This document shows positions 39,032 through 48,187 of a stretch of 64,000 bases of DNA, in pieces. The position numbers and the translations under genes are program-made. The DNA lies in IMG/VR virus record IMGVR_UViG_3300008261_000008, one strand, 5' to 3'. Every line of letters starts with the position of its first letter. Positions within the stretch are counted from its first letter, which is position 1. The DNA is from an uncultured virus (IMG/VR IMGVR_UViG_3300008261_000008) (taxonomy: Duplodnaviria > Heunggongvirae > Uroviricota > Caudoviricetes). A model generated the notes under the pieces. That model was not told where the DNA came from. It was given only the letters and a program-made list of their open reading frames with translations, and did no database searches.

Positions 39032-39703
39032 TTAGAGTTCCGCAGTTGGGGTCTCAGTAGTAGATAATTGTGAAGCTCCACCATTATCGAGAGCATCCCA
39101 CCACTGAACTTGTAAATCTACAGTAAATTCTTCGATTGTATCAGCAGAATCATAGGAAAGGTCAATCGCACTTACTGAAGTTGGGAATATTCCGTAGAAC
39201 TTATAAGCCTTTAGAACAGGTAATGTCGTTCCAATTGTAATTGCAGGATCAGCAACGTTTCCAGTAGCATTTTGGATAGAAGCTCTTCCAAACTGCTTTA
39301 CTATAGCATCTCTTTGATACTGTGCTGGATTAATTAAACCAGAGTTATCATCATGTTTGTTGATTGCATTCATCCACTTTTCAAATGTTGTTCTTAATTT
39401 AAAATCAACATCGTTAATTATTGTAATAGTCCACACATCAAAGGTTCTATCTCCAGCTATCTTTAAATTTCTTCCTCTAAAAGGAACTTCAATTACTCCA
39501 ACATTTGAAGCTGGCAAGTTAGCTGCCTTGATCATAAATCTAGATAACTCTGAGATAGTAGTGTCATTACCAGTAGCGAATGTGGGAAAACCAAGTTCTA
39601 CTTCAAATAGATTTGGTCTAGCACCACCACCAATTAGTTTTGATTTAAAATCTTCTAGAGTTCTTTGTTGAAAGGTTGATGTATTTGAAAATTGTGCAGC
39701 CAT
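39032..39703 (-). CDS. gp19: tail tube protein
   Basis: GGARPNLFEV, PFRGRNLKIAGDRTF, IEEFTVDLQVQWW. Confidence 0.96.
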   Translation of the reverse strand: MAAQFSNTSTFQQRTLEDFKSKLIGGGARPNLFEVELGFPTFATGNDTTISELSRFMIKAANLPASNVGVIEVPFRGRNLKIAGDRTFDVWTITIINDVDFKLRTTFEKWMNAINKHDDNSGLINPAQYQRDAIVKQFGRASIQNATGNVADPAITIGTTLPVLKAYKFYGIFPTSVSAIDLSYDSADTIEEFTVDLQVQWWDALDNGGASQLSTTETPTAEL

Positions 39704-39744
39704 TGTTTTTACCTCGGTAGGGATTGATGTTTTATCTTAAAGAA

Positions 39745-42153
39745 TTAAACGGTTCCGACAATCTCTTCGAAGCTAACTCCAGTTCTGTTAGCAACAAAAG
39801 TTAGACCAACAAAGTTAATTGATCGTGCTGGTTTTACAAAAATATCAGCCCTAAATTGATTTGAATCAATAATATCTGGAGTATTATTGGATTCATCACA
39901 AATAACTAAGAAGTCTGTTATACCTCTCTTTGCCCTTACATCACGGAGATATGGTTCAACAATATTCAAGAAGTTTGATCTTGTTACAGCATCATTGAAT
40001 TCGAATAGTTGGGCTCTTGCAGCTCTTTCAATGGTCTCTTCGATGGTTAGGAATAGACGACGAACATTTATTCTATCAAAAGCTGATGAATAAGAAAGTC
40101 CTGTTTTATCACCAAAAAGAATAATTCCGGATCCAGGAGAGAAAATAACTGGATTAATTCTCTTAGGATAAAGAAGATCCCTTTGACCTTGACTTGGATT
40201 GTATGCAAGTTTAACCGCATTGTTGATAGTTCCTCTTGCAGCTCCTGCTGGGGAGAACCATGGATAATTATTAATAGATGTTCTTGCCATGAGTCCAGCA
40301 ATATCTCCATTCAATGGGATATATCTAAACTGATTATTAAATCTATCGAACATGTATTTGAATCCAGAATCAAATACTGCATAAGAACTTGAAGATACTG
40401 AATCGTAGAAATTAATTATGTTCGATGTTTGGGTATCACTATTGGTTACATTTACAACACCACTTCTGTGTGGGGATATGGTTACTACACAATCTTTTCT
40501 TGATTCTGCAATGGAAATAAGTTTATTTGCTTTTGCTTGAGAATCAAAGATTGTTTCTCCACCACTTGGACCACCGAGAATAAAGTTTATATTATATTCT
40601 GCTGGGTTTGATAGTATATCATAAGAACTTAGGATATTTGCCAGACTCACAGAATATCCATTACCAGCTCCATAGTTGTGGCCATTTTGTAATGAATAAG
40701 TTTTTGCACCAGAAAGTCCAAAAGTAGTTGAATTTGCTTCCTGACCCCAAGCGATTGACCCTCCACTGGATAATACATAACCATCCAGGGATGTGAATGA
40801 AGGAGAAAGTAAAGCATCTACTTCGCCAGCGTAAATATATTCTGAATTATTTTGAATATATGTCTTATAGTAAATATTTTCACTTGGAGTAATTTTGGCG
40901 TCTGTAGCTTTTGACAGATTGGTAAATTTCTCTAGAATGTTACCAGATATTCCAGAAACGGATCCACTATCATCGACTACAACTACGTGTACCTCATCAT
41001 TTTTTCCATTTCTTGAGTCGGTATACTGAGATGTTCCTGGTCTAGGAGCAATGTTTTTCCAAAATACAGTAGAATTAGTTAATCCTAAAGTCTGTTGATC
41101 ATACCAATCGACTACTGAATTAAGATCACTATTAGGAAGTAACCCCTCACCTCTACTTAAAGTTCCATCTATAGAATTTCTGACATAGGTTACAACTAAA
41201 GTTGTAGCTGCAAGCGCAACAGGAGAAACTGTATCTACGATGATTTGACCAGTTGCTAGTCCAACCACTCTTGCTTTAAATGTACTATTCAGTGATTGAA
41301 TTAAATCACCAACTTCAACATTATTTGATATTGAAGCGGTAGTTGCTACTACAGTAGATCCGATTCCGATTGTAGCTGCATTAGAAATTCTAAACTTCTC
41401 TAGGGAAGTAGCAGTTCCTACATTATTAAAGACTTGATAGTAAATACTTCCCTCACCTTCTGGTTGTTGAAATATTTTATTGAGTCCATTTGTTTGATAT
41501 GAAACGGAAGTACTTAATCCGGTAGTTGAATCATGTCTACTTACAATTTTTACATCCACACTACCAACATTAACTTTTGTAATAATTCCCTTGATGTATC
41601 CATTGAAAGTTTCTACAGTTCCTGAAGAAGTTACATATGAAGTGCTGACTCCGCAAGTCATAGCATAACCTACAGCTAAACCAAAAGTACCAATAGAAAC
41701 TCTTTGGTCTGCAGCACTATCAATTACACAAACTTTCAATCCATTAGCCCAAGATCCTGCTTCTTTAGAAGCAAAAAACCATCCGGTTGAACTTGTATAA
41801 TTATTTTGATAATCTTCTTGTGATTTTATTTTTAGAGTTACGGCACTTCCACCAACACCTGCATGTGCGTTGATTAATTCATCATCATCTGATCTAATAA
41901 CTCTTAATGTTCCTCCATAAGAGAGATATGAGGATGCAGTTAACCAATATTCATACTGACCATCAGTATTAGATGGTTTGCCGAATGTGTTTAAAAGATC
42001 CTGTTCGGTCTCTACTAGAACTGGTTGTCCAATAGGTCCTCTAAGAAATGGGCCGGCGATTGCTGCAACTTGATCATTTACTGCATCGATTCTGCCTACA
42101 GTAAGATCAACTTCTCTGACCTTTACGCCTGGTGATACTAAGTTTAGCGACAT
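39745..42153 (-). CDS. gp18: tail sheath protein
   Basis: SPGVKVREVDLT, WFSPAG, FDRINVRRLF, KPARSINF. Confidence 0.97.
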   Translation of the reverse strand: MSLNLVSPGVKVREVDLTVGRIDAVNDQVAAIAGPFLRGPIGQPVLVETEQDLLNTFGKPSNTDGQYEYWLTASSYLSYGGTLRVIRSDDDELINAHAGVGGSAVTLKIKSQEDYQNNYTSSTGWFFASKEAGSWANGLKVCVIDSAADQRVSIGTFGLAVGYAMTCGVSTSYVTSSGTVETFNGYIKGIITKVNVGSVDVKIVSRHDSTTGLSTSVSYQTNGLNKIFQQPEGEGSIYYQVFNNVGTATSLEKFRISNAATIGIGSTVVATTASISNNVEVGDLIQSLNSTFKARVVGLATGQIIVDTVSPVALAATTLVVTYVRNSIDGTLSRGEGLLPNSDLNSVVDWYDQQTLGLTNSTVFWKNIAPRPGTSQYTDSRNGKNDEVHVVVVDDSGSVSGISGNILEKFTNLSKATDAKITPSENIYYKTYIQNNSEYIYAGEVDALLSPSFTSLDGYVLSSGGSIAWGQEANSTTFGLSGAKTYSLQNGHNYGAGNGYSVSLANILSSYDILSNPAEYNINFILGGPSGGETIFDSQAKANKLISIAESRKDCVVTISPHRSGVVNVTNSDTQTSNIINFYDSVSSSSYAVFDSGFKYMFDRFNNQFRYIPLNGDIAGLMARTSINNYPWFSPAGAARGTINNAVKLAYNPSQGQRDLLYPKRINPVIFSPGSGIILFGDKTGLSYSSAFDRINVRRLFLTIEETIERAARAQLFEFNDAVTRSNFLNIVEPYLRDVRAKRGITDFLVICDESNNTPDIIDSNQFRADIFVKPARSINFVGLTFVANRTGVSFEEIVGTV

Positions 42154-42240
42154 GTCTTTCCCTCTAAAGAAGTTTCAACTTGACTACAAATATTTATTAT
42201 TTGCTAACTTTATATTGGGGAAACAGTACATGAACAAAAA

Positions 42241-42471
42241 TTACCAGTCAGGATATTCCCATTTATCAAAAACTCTATTAGTCATTCTACTGGAGACTAT
42301 TCTTTGAATAGTGCAATTTTTACACTCATATGAATATGCTGATGCTATGCCACCTCTACCTTTTCTCGTAAGATAAAAACCATCAATAAGATCTTTTACT
42401 TTTCCACACTTTCTACATTTTCTCTCAGTAAGAAATAAATGTTCTAATTCAAATTGATCATCAAAATCCAT
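42241..42471 (-). CDS. small Cys4 zinc-finger-like protein
   Basis: CRKC...CKNC; coupled to the gp17 stop. Confidence 0.7.
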   Translation of the reverse strand: MDFDDQFELEHLFLTERKCRKCGKVKDLIDGFYLTRKGRGGIASAYSYECKNCTIQRIVSSRMTNRVFDKWEYPDW

Positions 42472-44120
42472 TATCTATAATCCCACATATATTGCATGTC
42501 TCCATATTCATCAACATGCCAACGATCGCCATCTTCATCAACAAAGCTTTCTCCACTATCTAACCCATCAGAAATGAATCCGAAAGGGGCCATATCTTGT
42601 TCAATTTGATTTTTTTGTTCTTCATAAATCCTTTTACGAACATCATTGTCCGTCATTTCTTTGAAGTATGGTTGCATGATTAACCATGCAAAAATAACTA
42701 GACACATTGCAAGATCATCATTACAACCATCTTCAGCCTCAAAAGAATTAGCTTTCTGAATGAAAGTTGTGAGTTCACTGATCACTTCATAGTCTTTAAT
42801 GACTAATTTATCTTCTTCTATTAAAGTCTTAAGATTCATGCATCCAATCTTTTTGACATTTTTGGACATCTTCACGCCCATTTGAGATTTCTTACCAGAA
42901 AACCCTTGACCCACTAATTGACCAGCACGACCCCTCATCGTACACATAAGGACGTTATCATATTCCAAATCCATATGAAGAATCTGTCCAACTTGTTCAC
43001 CAACGTCATTAACTTCAACTAAAACATATGCTTTATTGTAAGCGACTGCAAGATCTTTGATAATACTCGGAAATAACATTGGTTTAATCTGGTTATTTCT
43101 GTATTTTGCTACAAGTCTATATGGAAAACTTGTTGTATCACAAATTGTAAATGCTGAATAATCTTTCTCTACGCCCCTAGCAACATCAACCGTTAAAACA
43201 TAATTATGATCCTTTTGAGGTTCTTCATAAATGTCAAGGCCTGCATTTCTTTTTATGGGATCATCGTAAACTAAAGATCTGAGTTTTGCTGCAGATATGA
43301 GAGTATCGACAGATCCTAAAAATTCGCACTCAAACTCAACTTTAAATTGTTGTTCTGACGTGTTTGCAATAGTTTGTGCTTTCCACTTATCGTCTCTTCC
43401 TGGAACTTCGGACCAATGAACATCTGTGGGAACGTATTCATTTTTACCGCGTTCGGCATCATGCCACATACGGTAAAAATGATTCATACCTTTTGGGGTA
43501 GAAACAATTAGGACTTTTGTGCTTTGTCCAGACGATATAGTAGGATAAACAGAGGCAAAGAATTCATCAGCAATGTGATTCGGGATGAAAGCGAATTCGT
43601 CCAAAAAGATGATATTATACGATCCGCCTCGGACAGCAGATGCAGAAGTAGATGCGGCGATAATTTTTGAGCCATTCTCCAGTTCTAGAGATCGTTTGTT
43701 CCATGATACGATACCTTGTTGCATCCATTTTGGCAGTTTTTCATATGCAAATTGTAATCTACTAAGTAGATCTTGTGCTGTGGATGCCTTGTTGGCTAGA
43801 ATAGCTATGTTAACATTATCATTAAACACTGCATAATGTAACAAATATGAAACACAAGTTGTAGATTTACCTGTCTGACGAGGCATTCTACAAATGTTAA
43901 ATCTATTTTCGTGAAAGTTTGTAATTAACTTCTCTTGGAATGGATACATCCTAAAAGGTATTTCACCATAGTCTAGTGAAACAATCTTGATATAATTTTT
44001 AGCAAAATACACAGGATCGTTCTTGCACTTTACAAACTCAAGAACTTGTTCCTGTGTAAATTCTACGGCTACATTAGCCTTTTTAAGGTTGGGATTACCA
44101 AGATATACCTGATCACTCAT
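42471..44120 (-). CDS. gp17: terminase large subunit
   Basis: YLGNPNLK, PRQTGKST, FLDEFAF, VSTPKG, DVARG, DDLAM. Confidence 0.98.
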   Translation of the reverse strand: MSDQVYLGNPNLKKANVAVEFTQEQVLEFVKCKNDPVYFAKNYIKIVSLDYGEIPFRMYPFQEKLITNFHENRFNICRMPRQTGKSTTCVSYLLHYAVFNDNVNIAILANKASTAQDLLSRLQFAYEKLPKWMQQGIVSWNKRSLELENGSKIIAASTSASAVRGGSYNIIFLDEFAFIPNHIADEFFASVYPTISSGQSTKVLIVSTPKGMNHFYRMWHDAERGKNEYVPTDVHWSEVPGRDDKWKAQTIANTSEQQFKVEFECEFLGSVDTLISAAKLRSLVYDDPIKRNAGLDIYEEPQKDHNYVLTVDVARGVEKDYSAFTICDTTSFPYRLVAKYRNNQIKPMLFPSIIKDLAVAYNKAYVLVEVNDVGEQVGQILHMDLEYDNVLMCTMRGRAGQLVGQGFSGKKSQMGVKMSKNVKKIGCMNLKTLIEEDKLVIKDYEVISELTTFIQKANSFEAEDGCNDDLAMCLVIFAWLIMQPYFKEMTDNDVRKRIYEEQKNQIEQDMAPFGFISDGLDSGESFVDEDGDRWHVDEYGDMQYMWDYR

Positions 44121-44129
44121 AAGACAAAA

Positions 44130-44306
44130 TTACAATTTCGCTAAACTTGCTACGACTTCTTGTTGTTTGAGATATAGTTTAAAATAAGCTTTGGCAAATT
44201 CTATTGCTTCATCTCTATCTAACTTATCTATAACCCTCGATTGTTGTTCATAAATTAACATCTTATTAATATCTTCAAGTACTATTTCAGAGGGATTTAC
44301 GTTCAT
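44130..44306 (-). CDS. 58-aa helical protein, NblA-like (not in ORF track)
   Basis: MNVNPSEIVLEDINKMLIYEQQSRVIDKLDRDEAIEFAKAYFKLYLKQQEVVASLAKL; fills the gap between the 44308 ORF and gp17. Confidence 0.6.
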   Translation of the reverse strand: MNVNPSEIVLEDINKMLIYEQQSRVIDKLDRDEAIEFAKAYFKLYLKQQEVVASLAKL

Positions 44307-44307
44307 T

Positions 44308-46233
44308 TCAATTACCTTGAATAACTACAATTGGTTTTGTTGGGTCGGTAGGACTTGGATACCACTGCATTATAACTGCGCCTGGATAAAACTTTTCAAT
44401 TTCCTTTTTCACTTCATCTTTTGATGGCCTCTTCATACTTGAGAAGAAAAGTTGAAGATTTGTCATTGGTCTACCTCTCCATGAAAAAAGTATAGTATAA
44501 ACATTACCACTAGATTGTATCCGTTGATAATCTTCGTTTGTCAATTGTCCTGGTTGAATAACAGAGTCTGCAAGAGGAAGAGAGGGGCCACTTAGTTTTC
44601 TAAGTGCGGCTTCTTTCTCTCCTTTGTTAGTAGTTCCAGTTGCAAGATTGCGAATTTTTGCTTGTCTTTGTGCATGTCTGTGTCCAGAACCGATTTCAAA
44701 ACTCACATTTTCATTTGATGGGTGAACTTTTGCAATACTATATGGTTTTTCTGGAGCTAATGAAGAAGGTAGTGAGAACATTTTCCAATAACCTTCGCCG
44801 TATTTGCATTCGGAAGATGTTTCATTTTTTTGGCACTTTGGGCAATATCTTACTCCATTCATTTCTTCTGGAATAAATTCTTCTTTTTTGGTTTTATTGC
44901 CCCAGTTTGCAGCACCAACTTTACGACACTTAACTAACGCACCAGATGCATATGCAGAAGGCCAAACCTTATAACGAGATTTTACCTTTGAATAACATGC
45001 GTCCTTTTCTTCACCTAATTTTGCAGCCCTTCTTTTTGCTTTACTTCCTTTTCCTCTATCTCTGTTTTTACCTAAAGTGTCTGCCCAATAATCTTTATTC
45101 TTTCTATTCATTTCACCACCAACAGATCTTTCTTCTGGAGGGGCACTTCTTCCACCACGACTTCTCATAGAATCAAATCTTTTATCCAATTCCTCAGTGG
45201 CAACCATCTTAGCCTTACCCTTTCTATCTGGGTTTGGATCTTCCTGGTTCTTACGACGGAATGCTCTCTCCTCTTCTTTATCGGAGAGTTCTGCTTTCAT
45301 TTTGCTGGAACCACACTTTGGTTTTGTGGTTTGTCCTGGTTGTTTTGCACAGGGTTTCCCTGCGTATTTACCACCCAGTTGAACCCAACCAGGGGTGCCA
45401 TCAGAAGCGCGACTCTTAGTAAACCAGTCACGCAAAGAACTATCACCACTCTTGTTGGCTTCATCAATGGAATTCTCCTTCACACAATTAGGAACTATCT
45501 TCTTTCCTTTCTTTTTCATTCCGAGTTGTTTGTAACCATCCCAACATTTTTCGTTCACAGGCTCAGTAAAACTTTTGAATTTATAATCAGACCCTTTAAC
45601 AATATCAATAATAGTTGCAAAAAGATTTCCGTCTGCATCTAGAATCTCTAGATGTTCATTCATTCTTTTTTTACGACCTTGGCAGTGAGCTTTCTGGGAA
45701 AATCCTTTTGGATTATCACAATCAATTGACTTTTTATATTTTTCCGACCAATCTTCCTTTACCTTCTCCATTTTTCTAAGTTTGGAGTAGTAATTTGGAA
45801 TTTCGTCTAAATGTTGCAATGCAATATCCATTGCTTGATCATTATCTGTAGTATGTTCCTTTTCAACTTTCATCCCCATCTCAAGTTGTTTTTCGATAAC
45901 TGATGGAGATACTTTATGCTTTTTTGCGATTTCTTCTATGGATTTGTGTCCTTTGAACCCTTCTTTAACATCAGATTTTCTTTCTGTATCATCTTCTCCA
46001 TGAGTAAGATGATCAGCTACTGTATCAAGATACTCTGCAGCTTTAGTGATTTTGGATTGTACCCACGCTTCTAGATCTCCTTCACCTTTGAGTTTGGTCA
46101 TCAATCTTGTAATTGCTGCCTGTGCAGTCTTAAGTTCTCCACGAGCCATTGAGAACTCAAAGTCTTCTCCAAGAGGTGCAATTGTTTGGAGGTCCGAGAG
46201 AATAGACCACTCTTTAAAGGTAAGTTTTTCCAT
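44308..46233 (-). CDS. modular late protein between gp16 and gp17 (probable internal head polyprotein)
   Basis: Probable start MEKLTFKEW. String of small Cys/Lys-rich modules (e.g. KCWDGYK..VPNCVKE, KDACYSKVKSRYKVWPSAYASG, KSIDCDNPKGFSQKAHC) separated by Glu sites. Confidence 0.7.
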   Translation of the reverse strand: MEKLTFKEWSILSDLQTIAPLGEDFEFSMARGELKTAQAAITRLMTKLKGEGDLEAWVQSKITKAAEYLDTVADHLTHGEDDTERKSDVKEGFKGHKSIEEIAKKHKVSPSVIEKQLEMGMKVEKEHTTDNDQAMDIALQHLDEIPNYYSKLRKMEKVKEDWSEKYKKSIDCDNPKGFSQKAHCQGRKKRMNEHLEILDADGNLFATIIDIVKGSDYKFKSFTEPVNEKCWDGYKQLGMKKKGKKIVPNCVKENSIDEANKSGDSSLRDWFTKSRASDGTPGWVQLGGKYAGKPCAKQPGQTTKPKCGSSKMKAELSDKEEERAFRRKNQEDPNPDRKGKAKMVATEELDKRFDSMRSRGGRSAPPEERSVGGEMNRKNKDYWADTLGKNRDRGKGSKAKRRAAKLGEEKDACYSKVKSRYKVWPSAYASGALVKCRKVGAANWGNKTKKEEFIPEEMNGVRYCPKCQKNETSSECKYGEGYWKMFSLPSSLAPEKPYSIAKVHPSNENVSFEIGSGHRHAQRQAKIRNLATGTTNKGEKEAALRKLSGPSLPLADSVIQPGQLTNEDYQRIQSSGNVYTILFSWRGRPMTNLQLFFSSMKRPSKDEVKKEIEKFYPGAVIMQWYPSPTDPTKPIVVIQGN

Positions 46234-46234
46234 A

Positions 46235-46657
46235 TTACTTTTGATTAGATAAGTTTTTCTTTCCAAGTGAAATCACTTGATCTTTTGTCATACCAGTTGC
46301 TTTCATCTTTGCTGCACCACCACCAGCAGCAAAATCATCCATTGGTTTTTTGACTGGTGTAGACTGCTGTTGAGAAGGTCTGTTTATTTTGTTAGAAAAA
46401 TCTTGTTGTGCCTTTGCTGCTTTTGCCTTTTGTCCCGCATAAAGAACATCACTCACACTACTTCCTTTTTTTAGTGCTGCTTGTCCACCACCTGCTTTAA
46501 GGGCTGCATATCCACCTCTGTCAGAAAATTGCTTTGATCCAATCTGATTTGAAGCATAGGCATTTCTTTGAGCACTTGTAGTGAAACGACTATTTGGATT
46601 CATTGCCATTTCACTAATAGAATAAGCCTCGGCACAAAAATTTCGGAATGTCTTCAT
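46235..46657 (-). CDS. basic hypothetical protein with capsid-targeting-like N-terminus
   Basis: MKTFRNFCAE...; two AGGGxA repeats; CTAAATA at 46682-46688. Confidence 0.7.
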   Translation of the reverse strand: MKTFRNFCAEAYSISEMAMNPNSRFTTSAQRNAYASNQIGSKQFSDRGGYAALKAGGGQAALKKGSSVSDVLYAGQKAKAAKAQQDFSNKINRPSQQQSTPVKKPMDDFAAGGGAAKMKATGMTKDQVISLGKKNLSNQK

Positions 46658-46680
46658 TTCTTTACTTAGTGGTCTATCTA

Positions 46681-47112
46681 TTATTTAGATGTATCTTGAT
46701 TCATGGAACTCTTCAAGAACTTTTGAAGTTCTGCAGTAGAACCAAAGAATACTGCATTGTTAGTAACACTTGTCGGTGTTGATCCTTTTTCTTCCTTATT
46801 AATATCTTTCATTTTCTTTTGAAGATCTAAAAGTTTATCCGTGACATCTCCAACATTTTTGATTAATTGTCCAGCAACTTCATATGCTCTAGGTGAATCT
46901 GATTCTTGGGCTAATTCTAGAATTCCATTAATCGCTTCTTGACCCTTCTCGATAATTGAGTAAAGTTGACCCCTAGAATATTCATAATCCTTTTGTAATT
47001 GATCAAGATTTTCTGTAGGTTTTTGAATATCAGTTACTTCTGTTTTAACTATTTCGGATTTAATCGTTGTTGGTTCTATATCTAAAGCTTTGTCAATATC
47101 ATCAAAGTTCAT
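46681..47112 (-). CDS. gp16: terminase small subunit
   Basis: DYEYSRGQLY, SDSPRAYEVAGQLIK, FFGSTAELQK. Confidence 0.93.
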   Translation of the reverse strand: MNFDDIDKALDIEPTTIKSEIVKTEVTDIQKPTENLDQLQKDYEYSRGQLYSIIEKGQEAINGILELAQESDSPRAYEVAGQLIKNVGDVTDKLLDLQKKMKDINKEEKGSTPTSVTNNAVFFGSTAELQKFLKSSMNQDTSK

Positions 47113-48161
47113 ACATCAGTTCCTTTGGTAGTACTATAAACTTTACCATCACCATAATCATAACGATATTCACTAAATCCAAAATCATCGTCAAGATCAA
47201 TTAAATCATCATCTACACTATTAATAACATTGACTGCAGTTCCAGAAGCATGTGAAGAAGCTATCGTACCATCTTGACTTCTATTAACCGTTAATGTATT
47301 TCCACTTATCTTACGAATGTACATAGATTCGTCATCAATTTGAATATATGATTTTTCAACTAAAGACGTAGCATCAGAAACTGTAAATTCTGTAATATCT
47401 GTAGAAACATCCTCTGAAATTACCGTTATTTCATCATTGTTATAATCTCTAAGAGCCCTAGGTTCTACTACATATCTTAATTGTCTTGATGAATTGTTTC
47501 TATTGGTATTGGAATAGTAATCTACTTGAACTTGTTTAATTAGAGCATCATTACCATTTCCAGTAGGGCCAAATAGATATGTTTTAGCTGTGAAGTCAAG
47601 AGTATAAATTAAAATTCTTCTTGTTGTAAAATCTCCTTCATATTGATCATCTATTCCAATTCTTTCCAAAATCATTGGAATATCTCTTTTTTCACCAATA
47701 CTTGAGGCTAAATCTACTGTTAGATTTAAGTGTGGTTGGAAATAGGGCAATATTTGTTCTACTATTTGTAAAGCATCTTCATTCAATTTAGCCATTATTG
47801 AAAGTCTAATGTTTACATTATATGGAACTGGCAAAAAAGATTTTGTTATTTCATTATTATTATCAGAATCCAATGCTTTAAATGTCTGCATTGTAGATGA
47901 CTTTCTGGATGGATCATAAGAGATACCAGTCATCTCAAATGACATTCTCGGTAGAGTTATAGCAACTCTTCTTTTTAAATCTGGTACTTGTTCAATTCTA
48001 GCTAAAAATTTCTGTATGGGTCCATAAGCTATAGGGACCGTAATGATACTAAAATCATCTCCAGCACTATCTTTATGTTTAATTTTTATATCATTAAATA
48101 ACGTACCAAAAGCTACTATGGTCTTTCTCAATATTTCGTGATAAAAATAATTTGATATCAT
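47109..48161 (-). CDS. gp15: tail sheath stabiliser / terminator
   Basis: YFYHEILRK, VAFGTLFN, PIAYGP, TLPRMSFE, EQILPYFQP. Confidence 0.95.
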   Translation of the reverse strand: MISNYFYHEILRKTIVAFGTLFNDIKIKHKDSAGDDFSIITVPIAYGPIQKFLARIEQVPDLKRRVAITLPRMSFEMTGISYDPSRKSSTMQTFKALDSDNNNEITKSFLPVPYNVNIRLSIMAKLNEDALQIVEQILPYFQPHLNLTVDLASSIGEKRDIPMILERIGIDDQYEGDFTTRRILIYTLDFTAKTYLFGPTGNGNDALIKQVQVDYYSNTNRNNSSRQLRYVVEPRALRDYNNDEITVISEDVSTDITEFTVSDATSLVEKSYIQIDDESMYIRKISGNTLTVNRSQDGTIASSHASGTAVNVINSVDDDLIDLDDDFGFSEYRYDYGDGKVYSTTKGTDV

Positions 48162-48187
48162 TATAATTTATTGGGAGTAATAATTAT

